A stretch of 64,000 nucleotides of DNA, taken from NCBI RefSeq assembly GCF_018977255.1, contig NW_024704742.1, forward strand, positions 39,806,001-39,870,000, written 5' to 3'. This document shows, piece after piece, positions 37,739-51,084 of this stretch. The stretch's first letter is position 1; every line of letters starts with the position of its first letter. Under the pieces are notes generated by a model. It was not told the DNA's origin and ran no database searches. It saw nothing but the letters and a program-made list of their open reading frames with translations. A program made the translations under genes and the position numbers. The stretch is from Callorhinchus milii. Lineage: Eukaryota.

Positions 37739-37976
37739 CCAAGGCCCTCCTGATTGGCTCCCGTCAGTGCCCCCACACCTCAAGCACTGACAGCATCACC
37801 ATCCATGGTTGCACACTCCACCTTACTAAGCCAGTCCTTGGTGTCTTGTTTGACCCTCAACTATTCTTTCTACCCCACATCCATGCCATGACCCGCTCTG
37901 TCTTTCCCCACCTCCGCAACATCGCCTGGCTCCGCCATTGTCTCACACCACAGGCAAACAAGACCCTCGTACACAC

Positions 37977-38008
<32 letters not shown>

Positions 38009-39048
38009 CCTTGCATTTGATATAGCGCTTTTCACGTCGGGAGGACGTCCCAAAGCGCTTCACAGAGCACACTGTAAAGTGAATTGACTGTATATTTGTG
38101 GGCGAACGTGGCAGCCAATTGCACACAGCAATGTCCCACAAACAGTCGTAGATTGAAAAGAATAATAATAATAATCCTTGCATTTGATATAGCACTTTTC
38201 ACGTCGGAAGGACGTCCCAAAGCGCTTCACAGAACACACTGTAAAGTGAATTGACTGTATATTTGTGGGCGAACGCGGCAGCCAATTGCGCACAGCAATG
38301 TCCCACAAACAGTCGTAGATTGAAAATGACCAATTTATTATTGTTTTTGGTTTTGGAGGGATTATTATTAGGCGTGTGGAGTAAGGAAACTTGCCCAAGG
38401 TTTGGCCCTCTGCCTGGAATTGAACTCAGGTCTCTCGCTTGCAAAGCGAGTGCTCTAACCACTGAGCTACAGGACTCCACATTAATAACATCTAGGCTTG
38501 ACTCTGCAAACTCCCTGCTTGTTGGCCTTCCCAACTCCTCCCTCCATACGCTGCAGATCACCAGAACTTTGCAGCCCGTGTCCTCTCCCCCACCAGGCTC
38601 CGTGACCCTATCACTCCCATCCTCGCCCGACTCCACTGATTCTCAACACACAGAGGTTACAGTTCAAGATCCTGTTCCTCACCTTCAAAGCCCTCCATGG
38701 CCTCGCATCCCCTACCTCTGTGACTTCATAAACCCCTACCAATCTGCCCGCTCCCTCCGCTCAGCGGGATGTGACCTGCTTCACATCCCCCACCTCACCC
38801 ACCCCACCATTGGGGGGCAGGCCTTCCGCCACTCTGTCCCCGCCCTCTGGAACTCCATCCCACAGTCCCTCCACCTCGCCCCCTCCCTGGCCTCCTTTAA
38901 GACCCATCTCAAGATCCTCCTCTTCCACCGTGCTTTCGTCCACCCTCCCCAATCCCGACCCCAGCTCGGGTCCAAAACACTGACTGTCCAGGACCTTGGG
39001 ACATCCTCCCAATGTGAAAGGCACTATACAAATGTAATTTTGTTGTTT
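37739..39048 (+). mobile_element. L2 LINE 3' part interrupted by a SINE
   Basis: KALLIGS, LGVLFDPQL, HLRNIA, ITSRLDSANSLLVGLP, IGGQAFRHSVPALWNSIP; this explains the chimeric 282-aa ORF. Confidence 0.92.
37977..38480 (-). mobile_element. Young full-length tRNA-SINE with a tandemly duplicated 3' half
   Basis: 37977-38160 repeats the unit starting at 38161; head has an Ala(TGC)-like anticodon arm CTCGC-TTTGCAA-GCGAG. Confidence 0.93.
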
Positions 39049-39924
39049 TTAAATACAAATGTGAAAAACAATCTTGAATTCAGCTTTAATTCTTTTTAAA
39101 CAACTGTTTGGCTTCTAAATAGTCTTACAGCTAAGATCTGGGTAGATTTCCAAGCCTCAGGGAATATCTAATAGATTACTGAATGGGAAATTCCATGTCA
39201 CTTACAAAATGCCACAGGAATCTGACAGAATTCATTAGGAAATGGTACTTACACATTGAAGTCCCCTGAGACATGACACCCATCACTCAAATGCAGAGGG
39301 GTCAATGGCTTTGTCGGCCACTTAGTGATTTTTTAAACAAACCATATGAACTAACTCTTCTTCTAAAGCAGGTGAAAAGTCAATGGAAATATTCTATGTG
39401 GAATGTTGCACCAGTGAATACCTCACTGGTTTTGAAAGAGCCACATGTCACCGGGGCCATTGCTACGAATGATACATAACACTTTTCTGCATAAGAGAAA
39501 AGCCTCTGAAGCAGCTGCAGTGCAATGTTCTAGTCATTAAACCAGTCTTTTCAAGGTATGTTCAGATGGCTCCTGTGTGACTCAATTACTAAAGGCACTG
39601 GCCAGCATTGAGCTGCACACAGACCAGGAAAGAGATGTCGCAATCAATGATATTGTGAGGATGGCCCAGTCATTAACTGCCACACTGCCCCCACCCATCA
39701 TTCCTGAAATGTGTTTTGCCCAATAGCCAATTTCTTCAGCTATTGAGGTGGTGATGATAGTTTGAATCCTACGGTCACACTGATTCCAGCATTTCACTAC
39801 TGGTTCAAAGAACACCAGTTTAACTCAACTCTGATGTGCAGTTTTTCTACACATTTGTGGTTTATTTCACTTTGTGCAGAACAAAAAATAAATCTCTGAA
39901 TAAATGAATCATGAGACATTATCC

Positions 39925-41522
39925 TAACATAGACTGGCAAAATAAAGGTGTAAATGGCAAGGAGTGGGAAGGATTCAAGAATAGAAGATTGGTCAAAGGT
40001 AGGGTGGGTCCAATTAAGGACCAAACAGGAAATCTTCTTGTGGAGGTAGAGGGCATGGCTGATGAACTGAATGAGTAATTTGCATCTGTCTTCACAAAAG
40101 AAGAGGATGCAGCCAATGCCTTAGGATCGGAGGAGAGGGTAGAGAAATTGGACAGCATAAGAATAAACAAAGAGAAGGTACTAAAAAGGTTGACGGTGCT
40201 CAAAGCAGTTAAGTCAACCAGTCCGGACGGGATGCATCTAGGTTACTGAGGGAAGTAAGGATGGAAATAGTGAAGACTCTGGCCGCAATCTTTCAATCCT
40301 CGTTGGACACCGCGGTGGTGCCAGAGGACTGGACGGTTGCAAATGTTATTCACCTATACAAAAAGGGGCAGAAGGATAAACCCAGAAACTACAGGCCAGT
40401 CAGCCTACCGTCAGTAGTGAGGAAACTTCTTGAGACTGTAATCCAGGACAAAATAAATTTTCACTTAGAAAAATATGAGTTAATTAAGGACAGCCAACAC
40501 GAATTTGTTAAAAGCAAATCGTATCTAACGAACCTGATAGAATTTTCTCATGAAGTAACGGAGAGGGTGGATGAAGGTAGTGCAGTTGACGTAGTTTATA
40601 TAATGTCATTTTGTTGTTGTTGTTGTTATATGGATTTTCAAAAGGCATTTGATAAATTGCCACATAAAAGACTTATAAGAAAAACAGAAGCCCATGATAT
40701 TAAAGGGACAGTGGCAGTGAAAGCAGAGATGGTGCTGAACGGTTGGTTTTCTGACTTGAGGGCAGTGTATAGTGGTGGCCCCCAGGGGTCGGTATTGGGA
40801 CCACTGCCCTTTTTGATCGATATAAATGACCTGGATTTGGGTATAGGGAGCACAATTTCCAAGTTTGCAAATGATACAAAGCTCAAAAAAGTAGTAAACA
40901 GTGAGGAGGATAGAAACAGACTGCAAGAGGACATAGACAAACTGGTAAAGTAGGCAGACATGCGGCAGATGAAGTTTGATGTGAAGTGATGCAGTTTAGG
41001 AGGAAAAATGAGGAAAGGTAACATAAGCTGATGGTACAATCCTAAAGGGGATGAAGGAACAGAGAGACCTGGGGGTTCATATAAGTAAATACTTGAAGGT
41101 GGCAGGACAGGTAGATAAACTGTTAAAAAAGCATATGGGATACTAAGCTTTATAAATAGGGGCATAGAATACAAAAGTCAGGATGAACCTTTATAAAACA
41201 CTGGTTAGTCCTCAGCGAGAATACTGTGTTCAGTTCTGGGCATCACACTTTAGGAAGGATGTCAAGGCATTGGAGAGGGTGCAAAGAAGATTTACCAGGC
41301 TGGTACCAGAAATGAGGGACTTCAGTTATCAGGAGAGGCTAGAGAAGCTAGGATTATTCTTCTTGGAGCACAGAAGGTTAAGAGGAGACAAAATAGAAGT
41401 TTTCAAAATTATGAGGGTATTCGATAGGGTGAACAAGGAGAAACTATTTCTACTGACGGGTGGGTCGGTAACCCGAGGACACCGATTTAAAATAGTTGTT
41501 AAAAGAAACAAGGGAGATGAGG
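39925..41522 (+). mobile_element. CR1 LINE ORF2 (RT domain to C-terminus), disrupted
   Basis: VPEDWTVANV, NYRPVSLPSV, YMDFQKAFDKLPH, PQGSVLGPL, SKFANDTKL, LERVQRRFTRL; contains stops and frameshifts. Confidence 0.95.
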
Positions 41523-41799
41523 AGCCATTTGGAACACTGAAGCCATTTGGAAACTGAAGTCAGAGAAGTTAGATTTTATAGGAGAGATCCCATGATGTCT
41601 AACTACTGTATGTTGTGTTCACAATGTTGTGTTCTTTGAACTGTATTGACGGACTAATACTTTTGGATGACAAAGCATATTTAAGTTTTACAGCAAAATA
41701 CTTGAAGCATTTCCTCTGGTTTTAATAAAGTGCATTGATGCAGAGGTTTTCCCTTTGGTCACAATATATTGTTGAATAATGACCTCATGGCAAAAAGAA

Positions 41800-41985
41800 A
41801 AAAATAATTTGGTCAATCAATCCACAACTGTTTTGTGGGATATTGCTGTGCACAATTGGCTGTTGAGTTTAACCCACAAAATATACGGCCAATTCACTTT
41901 ACAGTATATTCTGTGAAGCGCTTTGAGTCATCTCGAAAACGTGATAAGGTGCTGTGTCAAATGCAAGGATTATTAGTAGTATTAT
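41800..41985 (+). mobile_element. tRNA-SINE 3' half
   Basis: Family motifs and ATT tail. Confidence 0.85.
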
Positions 41986-44099
41986 TCTCTAGCATTGTGT
42001 GAACGGTACTGCAGACACAAACTCTTCAACTTTTGTTAATCTACAACACAAATATTGAGGAAGTTTTTTCCTGCCAGTACAATCTCATAATAGTTCAAAA
42101 GTTGTTTTTTGCACAATTTTCGCCATGGATACTGACAGAACTATGACAAAATTATGACAATATACAGAGTAAAATTTAAACACTTTAGAACAAATTCTGT
42201 ATAAAGGACCTAAGTTTAACATCTCACCTAAGGGAAAGCACCTCTGACAATGCAGCGCTCGTCCAGTTCTTTTGATCTTCTATCGAGAAAAGATTTACTA
42301 TAAGGATAAAAAGACTATTCACTTTGCAAGACTGCTCCAAACCTTATTGAAGCAAGAAGCATTAAAAGCACCTTTTTTTGCCCGAAGCATCCATCTACAT
42401 ATGCAGATTAAGTTCTTTTAGCAAAATGAAAGCTTGAACGTCAAGTCCTGAGAAACTGCAGAATTTTGTTGTGAAGCTGAATATTTTTCCTAGGCAGCAA
42501 GCCAATGCATCCAGGAGCCCAAAAACATGAATGCTGTCTTAGTGTTAGGGGAAACTTGGTAAAAGCTGTTAATGATAGGATCAATTTAAAGTAAATTAAT
42601 AGTGATAGCCTTTAACTGTGTTTCTATTCCCCAGATATCAGCCGACATGACTGATATGTTTACTAATTGTGTACTACACTAATTTCTTGATTTCTAAATT
42701 CTGTCTTGAGCTGGAGGCTAAAATCTGAACAGATTTCAACATTGTATGACTTCAACATAGCGCATGTATTTAATGTGTTTTGCTTATTTGTGGAATTATT
42801 AAAGAATTAGCAGCACTGAGTACCATTCTTATCCACAGTATATAGTTAAAAAATCCTGAAAAATGTTTACTTCCTTCTGGAATCTCTGGCTACATTTTAG
42901 ATACAAATATTTCGATACAAACCAGTAAGTATTCATAAAAATACAGGTTTTAACCATACTCAGCATTGACATCTTGTTGTTGTACTCTTGCATAATGTTG
43001 TGAAGGATCAGGACCTGACAGAGGTCAATGTTTCATCTTCACTGGTATTTGGAACAAGAAGTTGGTAGGTGTGAAATTGTCTCACTTCTGGTGTCATATT
43101 ATTATCCAAATTGACATAAGGTTCCTTCAATTGAGAGCTTGAAATACAATAAGAGGTTGCTATATTTGATAGCTTGTTTTGCTTTCAACGCCGCTAATAG
43201 CCCATGTCATCTACTGGATAAAAGATGTTAAAGTGAATGTGACTTCTTCCTGTTTTCTCAGGTGGTATTTACTTTTCAGACTCATCTGTGGCCCAGTGCT
43301 CTTTTCGTTCCTAGCTGACCTCCAGCCATATTTGGAATGCATCAACTAGAACCATTGTACCTAAACCTATTGACAACTTGGCTCCTAATCCCAACAGCTA
43401 GGCATGAGTCCTCAAATAATAAACCGCTCTCTTTCAATTTGAAAACCTTTGATTTCTGTATTTTCCATTTTACAGTATTTTGATTTCCACAACATGGGTG
43501 CAAAGGAAACTTTGTGAAAAAAAATACATTGCAAGGAAACACAATTCTAAATATTATATATAATAATTTTAAAATACTGTAAAGAGATAACTGGTCTTGA
43601 TATTTGCAGAGATGTGTTTTAGACTGAAAAGTTTAAGCATTTCCCACTTCACATGTTTGGGAAATCCATTCAAGTGCATGATGGTATTCCGTTGCTGACA
43701 AATTCTCTCTATGTATATTACTGATGTGTCATTCTTATTCATATGTCCACACAAAGAGAAAGCCAAACTTCAGGAAGAAGGAACTGTGGAAAACACAAGT
43801 AATGTATTACCTAGAATCACATGAGAGAAATCTGACTGAAGTGTAGGAAAAAAAATCACTGAAAGCAATATAAGTGACAACCATTGCAAATTTAACTTCA
43901 GAGAGCTGAAATGATCACTAAACATTACGCAGTTATTTTCAATGATTTCTATGTGCAAAAAACAATATATAAATTTGCGTACCTAAATCATCAACTCTTG
44001 TCATGCAGATTCTATTTAAACATGTACAATATGTAAACTAGATCCTCTGACAGACAGCTACTTTGCTAAGTGTGCTGTCTATTGTGAAACTGAGCCTTG

Positions 44100-44395
44100 C
44101 ATACTTGAAAGGTTCTAGCATTCATCCATGTTCTATGCTGAGTAAGTGAGCGAGCAAGCAAGTTAGTCAGTCAGTCAGTTAACTAAAAGCAGTAGAAGTT
44201 CCTGATAACCTAATAGCCCCAGAACTAAAGAAGGAAAAAATAGCCAGGATCTCCTCTCCTAAATACTATTCAGTAACCAAAATGAATGTTTGAGATTGGT
44301 ACATGTGGACATGATCAGGCTTGGCTGTGATGCCGTTAATGATTAAGAGTAACCTTTTGAGACTCACTCACTGGACTCACATATAGGAACATAGG
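44100..44395 (+). mobile_element. Very old SINE-like repeat (family not named)
   Basis: Shares CTATTCAGT.AC and CTGTGATG in the same order with 63890-63985; resembles an ancient chondrichthyan repeat as I recall it. Confidence 0.35.
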
Positions 44396-44929
44396 GAAAC
44401 ACATGCCTATTCCTCTTATTACATCTACTATCCAAGTATCTGTCTACCTTGCAGGTAAGGTAGTGGTGAGTCCTCATTACCTGTTTTGTTATATTCTAGC
44501 ATGACTCGGAAGGTAGGAGAAACCAAAGATGAGATAACTATAGTCCATAAGGGTTTGTCTACAAATATACATTCACTACAGTTTACCGAATTTTTGTGAA
44601 GCACATTATGAACGCTATATCAAATGCAAAGATTATTGTTATGGATTATTTCTAAACAGTTATATTTTGTTTATGTCATTGATTTATGCAAACGTCAGTA
44701 AACATGTTGAATCACCATCAGGCAGAAAAATATGAATATTTGTTAATAATTATAAAGAAGTGATTCTAATATTAATAATAATCCTCACATTTGAGATACT
44801 ACCTATCATATCGGGAGATTGTTTCAAGACTGATGTTTTGTTGTTTTGCAAACGAGTCCTACAAGAGCTTTTCTGTAAAGTTATTAATGCAAGACTTCAA
44901 ACTACAGCAGCCTGATTTTACAGGATGTA

Positions 44930-45095
44930 TTAGAATGTGTAGTGACTGTGTATTTGTATGTGAACTCAGAAACCAATTTGCATGTAAAAATGTCACACAA
45001 AGAGTCATGGAGTAAGTGACCAATTTTATCTTGGGGATTATTGGCCTGGCTAACAGGAGAAACTCCCTTCACTCTTCACATAGTACCATGAAATC
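44930..45095 (-). mobile_element. Old SINE fragment
   Basis: AGTGACTGTG..ACCAATTTGCA..AATGTCACACAAA..GACCAATTTT..GGAGAAACTCCC. Confidence 0.6.
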
Positions 45096-46709
45096 TATAA
45101 CAGCCCCTTGCAGAGGCAAATGGTATTTAAAATAGGCATAAAGTGGGTTTTAGAATGAAGAGCTGAGAGAAACAGAGTTAAGCAGTTTAATTGATATATT
45201 TTAAGAACATAAACAGTTATTTTGTGCCTATTTTTTATTAAAATAGTATAACCACAGAGATCAATGAGTTCCACTAAAATTACCAATTTAACAAAATGAA
45301 TATGCATTTAATCCACAAAGACTTCCTGAGGTGATTTAGCGCTGCATTATTGGCCTCTTTTATACCACATATTTAATAATGAGTGAGGAAGGCATACTTA
45401 AAAAAAAAGCAACATGGAAGCGATGCTCGTGACCCCAAATGTTCCGGGTCGTACGAGAGCACAACAATCACTTTCAGATAGAAAATATCCAGCTAGGAAT
45501 ATCCCATTGGCGTCAGTCCCTCTCATGCAATAAAATGTAGTGTGTGTAGCTTTTGGCATTTGGATTTTATTATTATTTATTCCTAACTTTCATTTGAAAT
45601 TAAAGTAGTGGCTTCAGAATGTAACCACATTTGGGAAAACCAACAACCCCTTATTTAAATTGCAAAAAAAGTATTTCACGATGTTTTTGCTGAGAAGACT
45701 TTATTGTGTTAGTAGAGGCAGTGGACAAACAAGTCAGTGTTGCATAAACGGTACTGTATATGTCTAAGCAAGTGGTGAACTATCCAGGCTGCTTTAGTTT
45801 GAAGGCTTGAATTAATAACTTTACTGAAATGCTCTTGTGGGGCCCGTATGCAAAACAACAAAACATCAGTTTTGCTGCTGCTATCCGGAATGGAAGACCT
45901 TTGCGGCTTGAAAAAGGTTCCATTTGTGTCAGTATGCATTTACATTTTAACTGTTATAAATTATCGCAGCGCTGAAGCCAATCTAAACAGGCCAATGAAA
46001 ATTCATCTGCAGACACACTGGCTGCCGCTAATTTTAAACAGTGTCTGTATATGAATAAACAGCATTTTTATTAATCAGCAGAGAACATTTTTATTGCCTT
46101 TCATCCTTTGGGAGAAAGAAAATTTCCATATTCACAAGAGGATTCATTCAGAAAATTCTACAACTCTAGAAAATTAATAACGTACTTTTCACCTTTCATT
46201 TCTAAACTGCACAGACACTACCTGGTATTGATTGGAAAATGCTTCCTTCTACAGAGCAACATTTTTTTTCAAAAACATTCATTTTGGAGGCAAAAAAAAC
46301 AGTCTTGAATGAATTTATCCTCCAATGCAAGTTTAGTTGTTTCAAGTGTTTTATTTTTAATCATAAACTATTTTGGAACCTATATTTCTTTAACTCAACC
46401 ACTAACTGACATATGGTTCAAAACTGAAGCATCCCACCTATAGTAACAATATGTGTTATAGAGATTAGATGCACACTGCTCTTTTCATATCAGATGTGCA
46501 CTGGTATGAAATGAGGAGTTACGCCAGCAATGTACAGAGTGTTGATGGCTTTTCAAATCATTCAATGCCAAGATCTGGCTAAGTACCACTGCATAACACT
46601 CTGCCAGCAATATCCATGCTTCAGTGAGAGAGAATACTTGCCTTGAATGTTTAAAGTTCTAGTTAAGAAAAATTAGCCTGCGCATCAACAATAGGATTCC
46701 TTTCCCTCA

Positions 46710-46985
46710 GCAAATGAGCAAATGTGGAGGTTAAGAGAAATGTTTTCACACACACAGTGGTTAGGATATGGAATGCCCTGCTGGGAGCAGTGGTTGGGGC
46801 AGAATTAGCTTTCAATAGGGAACTGGAAAGATATGTAAAAAGGAGTAAACTGCAGGGGTATGGGGAAAAGGGAACGTAAATAGGATTGAAAGGATTGCTC
46901 TTTAAAAGAGCCAGTACAAGAGTCAGTACAAACACGATGGGCTGAATAGCCTTCTGGGCTGTAAATTTCTATGGTTCTATGGTTG
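46710..46985 (+). mobile_element. CR1 LINE 3' end
   Basis: TTTTCACACACACAGTGGTTAGGATATGGAATGCCCTG..GATGGGCTGAATAGCCT..TCTATGG repeat. Confidence 0.85.
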
Positions 46986-48764
46986 GGTCTAATTTGCATC
47001 CAAGCCTTTATGGCAGATTCGGTAGTCTGGTTTCTAAGCCAGACTGGTCCACCGTTCTCCTAGGTATTGTTGACAACAGAAGTGTCATTGATACTATTTA
47101 GAGGGGCAAATCAGTTAATGGTCGAATGGGTAAGGTGGTCACAAGTAGTGGAAGATTGCCAGACAGTATATGCAGTGGCAAGCTACATGATTACAGCTGG
47201 TTAAACTCCAGCAGTACTCCAATGTGTGTTCTGAGACTCCGAACCTTAATTCTTACCAACCTTTACCAAACTGTACCTAGTACTTTCCAGAAGTAGGTAA
47301 GCAGGACGCATCCCTCCAGAGAGCGAGTGTGTGCATTTTATTACAGACAAAGGGTAATTATCACAAACGTAGAACTCTGAGTCTGGTTTGGATAGTCTTA
47401 AGAATGGCAACAGTTTCACATATCTGGCAGACACCCAACTGGCCAAAGAAACAAAAACCTTCCATGAAAGATTGTGGATTAAAAAGGGAAATGAAAGGTA
47501 TACTTTTAAAAAGGAATGCAGGTTAATTACCATAGGAATTATAACGTTCAAACCATTGAGTCCATGCTAACTCTCTTCTAAGCTACATACGCTATTCCAA
47601 TTTTCCCCTCTTTTCTTGTAGTCTTTCATACCGTTCCTCTTCAAATTCTAATCCATTTCCCTATGAAACATTGTTATGCTATTCATTTCAATATCTTCTA
47701 TCTTTGCCTAACCAGATTGACTGGATGGAATACTATTTTACTGTGTCATGACATCCTTGTTCAAAGGTCAGCACTCCATACAAGCTGCACTGACTGAACT
47801 CTAAACCATCAAAACTTGTCATCTGGATTCTGTTTACACACACCCTGACTGTGGTCCAGTATTAATCCTGCTCCTGACACGTGCATGAACAATTTATGCA
47901 GAGAAAACAAAAAGTGACAATAAGCAAGAACTTACAATGAATTGTGACATTGTCAGATCACAAGCTGGACTAACACCAGTCCGCATCGAGGTCTGCTTCT
48001 GCTAGTTTTATTTACATACTGCCACAGCCCCTCTCCATCTGTCTCTAGCTAACTCAGTTTGCAGTGTCTCTCTGCACATATGACTTTAATCATGCCGCTT
48101 CAATATTGCTATGCTATGAACCAAAACAATGGGTCCTTACAAAACAAAACAATAGCCAACAAATACAGTAGTGTGTGACAATAGATGTAAATGTTTGTAG
48201 ATAAGTGGAAGGCATTGTGCATTTCTGTACATCTGACTATACTTTCCTATGTATGCATTGTTTAACCGGTGATCTATTACAAATCAAAAAGCATGTAAAC
48301 TTTACTGAACTCCAAAAAATGAAATGAAAGAAATTCAAACTAACTTCATGACAAACCATTGGGGGGAAAACAAATCAAAGCCACGGAATCGTCCATTCTC
48401 TTCGCCTATAAGACCATTTTGTCTTAAAATTCATGTTGACTCAGAACTGTTGGGAAATTCTCCAATTCAGTCTATGTTTGGAAGCCAATTCTTTTTAAGA
48501 GCTTTGGAAAACCAAACTAAGATTGACTTTAAGAATTTTCTACAATTCTGTGCCATGTACAACAAAATTCCACCTTAGATTATAAAACCACCTGTCAGAC
48601 AAAATATAAAACAATGTATAGGTTTTACATGTGGGATTCAGGCCTTAGTTATATCATAAAGGCTCCTGTTTCCATTGACAAGGTGACAATAACTACATTG
48701 ACCCTAACCCTAAACTTGTATTGTCTTCTGGAAATGTAGAACAGGTTCTGCACTTGTGAACATC

Positions 48765-48893
48765 TAAAATTGAATAATTTGCAGGGTAGGAAAAAGACTG
48801 GTAAATAGGATTGAAAGAATTGCACCTTCAAAGAGCCAGCACAGACACAATGGGCTGAAAGACCTTCTTCTGTGCTGTAAATATCTATGGTTT
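48765..48893 (+). mobile_element. CR1 LINE 3' tail
   Basis: Matches 46850-46975. Confidence 0.75.
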
Positions 48894-51084
48894 TGTGCAA
48901 ATATTGTGCAATCAAACTATACCATAACTTTACAAAATATGTATGTAACATTGGGGGAAAAACAGCCGAAGGGTCTGAAAAAGAGGCAATAAATAAATGG
49001 GTTCAGTTATAAACATCCTGCTGTGCCCATGCATTTCTCATTTTCATCTCTCAGCCTCTCACTCTCGTCTGTTCTCAGTGGGGCCTTCCACCTGAACGTC
49101 AGTAGCAACTTGTGTGATATCTTTGAGGACGTTCTCAGGGGCATGTACAACATGTACAACAAGGAGTGGGGAGGGCAAGAGGTGTATAGGAATGAAACTG
49201 CTGACATTCTCCTCCTTCCAAAGCACTCCGGGTTGCTACCCCATGTGAAGGGCACTGTATAAATGCAAGTTTTTGTTCCAAAAGGAGTCTTGCTCTCTTT
49301 CCTTTTCACACACATGCACTGAGTTAGGTTATTGAGCACAAATGGCAGAGAGGGCTCCGGCTGGGAAATAGGAAGTGGAAACACACTATATGGTTCACTG
49401 ATTACAATTTGGTATGGATGTAGATATTATAAAGAGTTTCGTCTTTTTAAATATATTTTTTGACACTAGCTGTAGCCCTTTTATTTATTTGTTCTGCATG
49501 TTCATATTTCCTACAGATATATTGGTCTGAAGTTCTTTCAAATTTCGCAGCAACATAATATGTAGTTCAGAGGGTTGTATAGAGATGGACTGATACATTT
49601 CTGCTGTTATTGGGAAAATGTCGCAAGGTATAGAGAAGCCGTAAACTTCTGCCAAGTAATTCCTTTTCGGTGGGACCGCCAAACCTCCAATTAGCAAGCG
49701 TAAAGGGCATACAATCAATGCTAGTTTTGCATTAACATCCCAAATTTCATCTGTCATCTTAATGTTTATAAATAATGTGCAATATGTAATTTAGGGACCA
49801 GGGATTGGCAGATGCAAACAAATATTTTGTGCCTGGAAAATTACATTTGCAATCAGACGGGAATAAGTAATGATTTTTAGTGGTTACAAGTCAAAGATAA
49901 ATCAAAGAAATTTCAGCACAGAAAGAATGAGAAGAGAATGGAATCTTCCACCTCCAGAAGTACCTCACAGTCCTAACTTCATGACTAGTGTCTTAAAATT
50001 TAAGATTGAGCAGAATTTTTGGAAAATTCTTGAAGTCAGCCTAATGCTAAAAAACACTATTTGCAAAATTAATATGCTAAGATTTTCAGGCTTTGAAGTC
50101 TGCCAATACATGTCACTTTTGTTTTACAGTATGAACAATAAAAGGATCATTTTATTGTTTATTAACGACATCAGTAAAATTCTGTTTGGCACTGCAGACA
50201 TATGAGTGAAGGGTAAACATGAAACGTAAAGTTTAGGTCTGCAGGTAAATTCTGACTGTTCATTCTGATGTGTTAGGAGCAGAAATGTATTCGCAAATAG
50301 GTATGAACTGAAGACTTAATTCAAATGACTCTTTGTAACTAATTTCTCTCGTGTGTTCTTTAAAGATGAAGTGAATGAGCCTCAGAGAAATAGGCCATAC
50401 CAAATGTGTCTGACGTGCTGACTCGACTTATAAACTAAAAGCTTTGTTCTGGTATCTATTCAATGGTTGTAGGAAAAGGGAATTTCTACCGAAATGGGAA
50501 TTGTCAAGGAAAACGCAGCCTCATGGCAACAGGAAGTAGTGCATTGGAGGTTTAAGAAGATCAAGGCATCATCCGTCATGTGTATTAGTCCAACCTGTCA
50601 CCTGCATACCATTCTTGGGCTTATGCTGGCATTGACTTTCATGGATTTCCTCGGGCTTCGGTTAAATTGAACTTGTCCAATCAATCTTTGGCTGCCCTGC
50701 ACATCATTACTGACTTTACAAGCATGTTTCATTTAGAAATTGTAAGAAACTAAATTTACACATTATCTTTTATCTGCAGGATGTACAACATGTCTTAAAA
50801 GAAGCTAAATTGGTCTCTTGTCATATTAGTCAGCAGGTTTTCTTCTAGCACACAAAATATTTCTGAATACAATTTTACAATCTGGATTATTTTTTAAATT
50901 GTCTGTTAGTCTGAAATATGTTAGATGCTCAAGGTTATTTAGTCTCTTGAATTTGAAAAAAAAATCTATTGTATTTATTTCACAATGCACAAAAAGAACA
51001 GTTCTGAAGAGGGTTAAATTCCAATAGTAATCTAACATATACTCTGGCTATTAACAACAGGCACTTAATACTTTCCAAGATTAG

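Noticed and set aside
38251..39099. 282-aa ORF, the longest in the window
   Set aside because: Chance read-through of an antisense SINE into frameshifted L2 ORF2
40261..41557. Functional reverse transcriptase gene
   Set aside because: 5'-truncated CR1 with an altered catalytic motif (FAND), an insertion, deletions, stops and frameshifts
41521..41558. Direct repeat AGCCATTTGGAA(C)ACTGA twice at the CR1 break
   Set aside because: Small local duplication with no further structure
42960..43138. Minus-strand exon candidates (SQLKEPYVNL.. or GPDPSQHYARVQ..)
   Set aside because: Weak splice sites, no recognised homology, no phase-consistent neighbouring exon
49485..49757. 90-aa minus-strand ORF in unique DNA
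   Set aside because: Length within chance range, no domain or splice support
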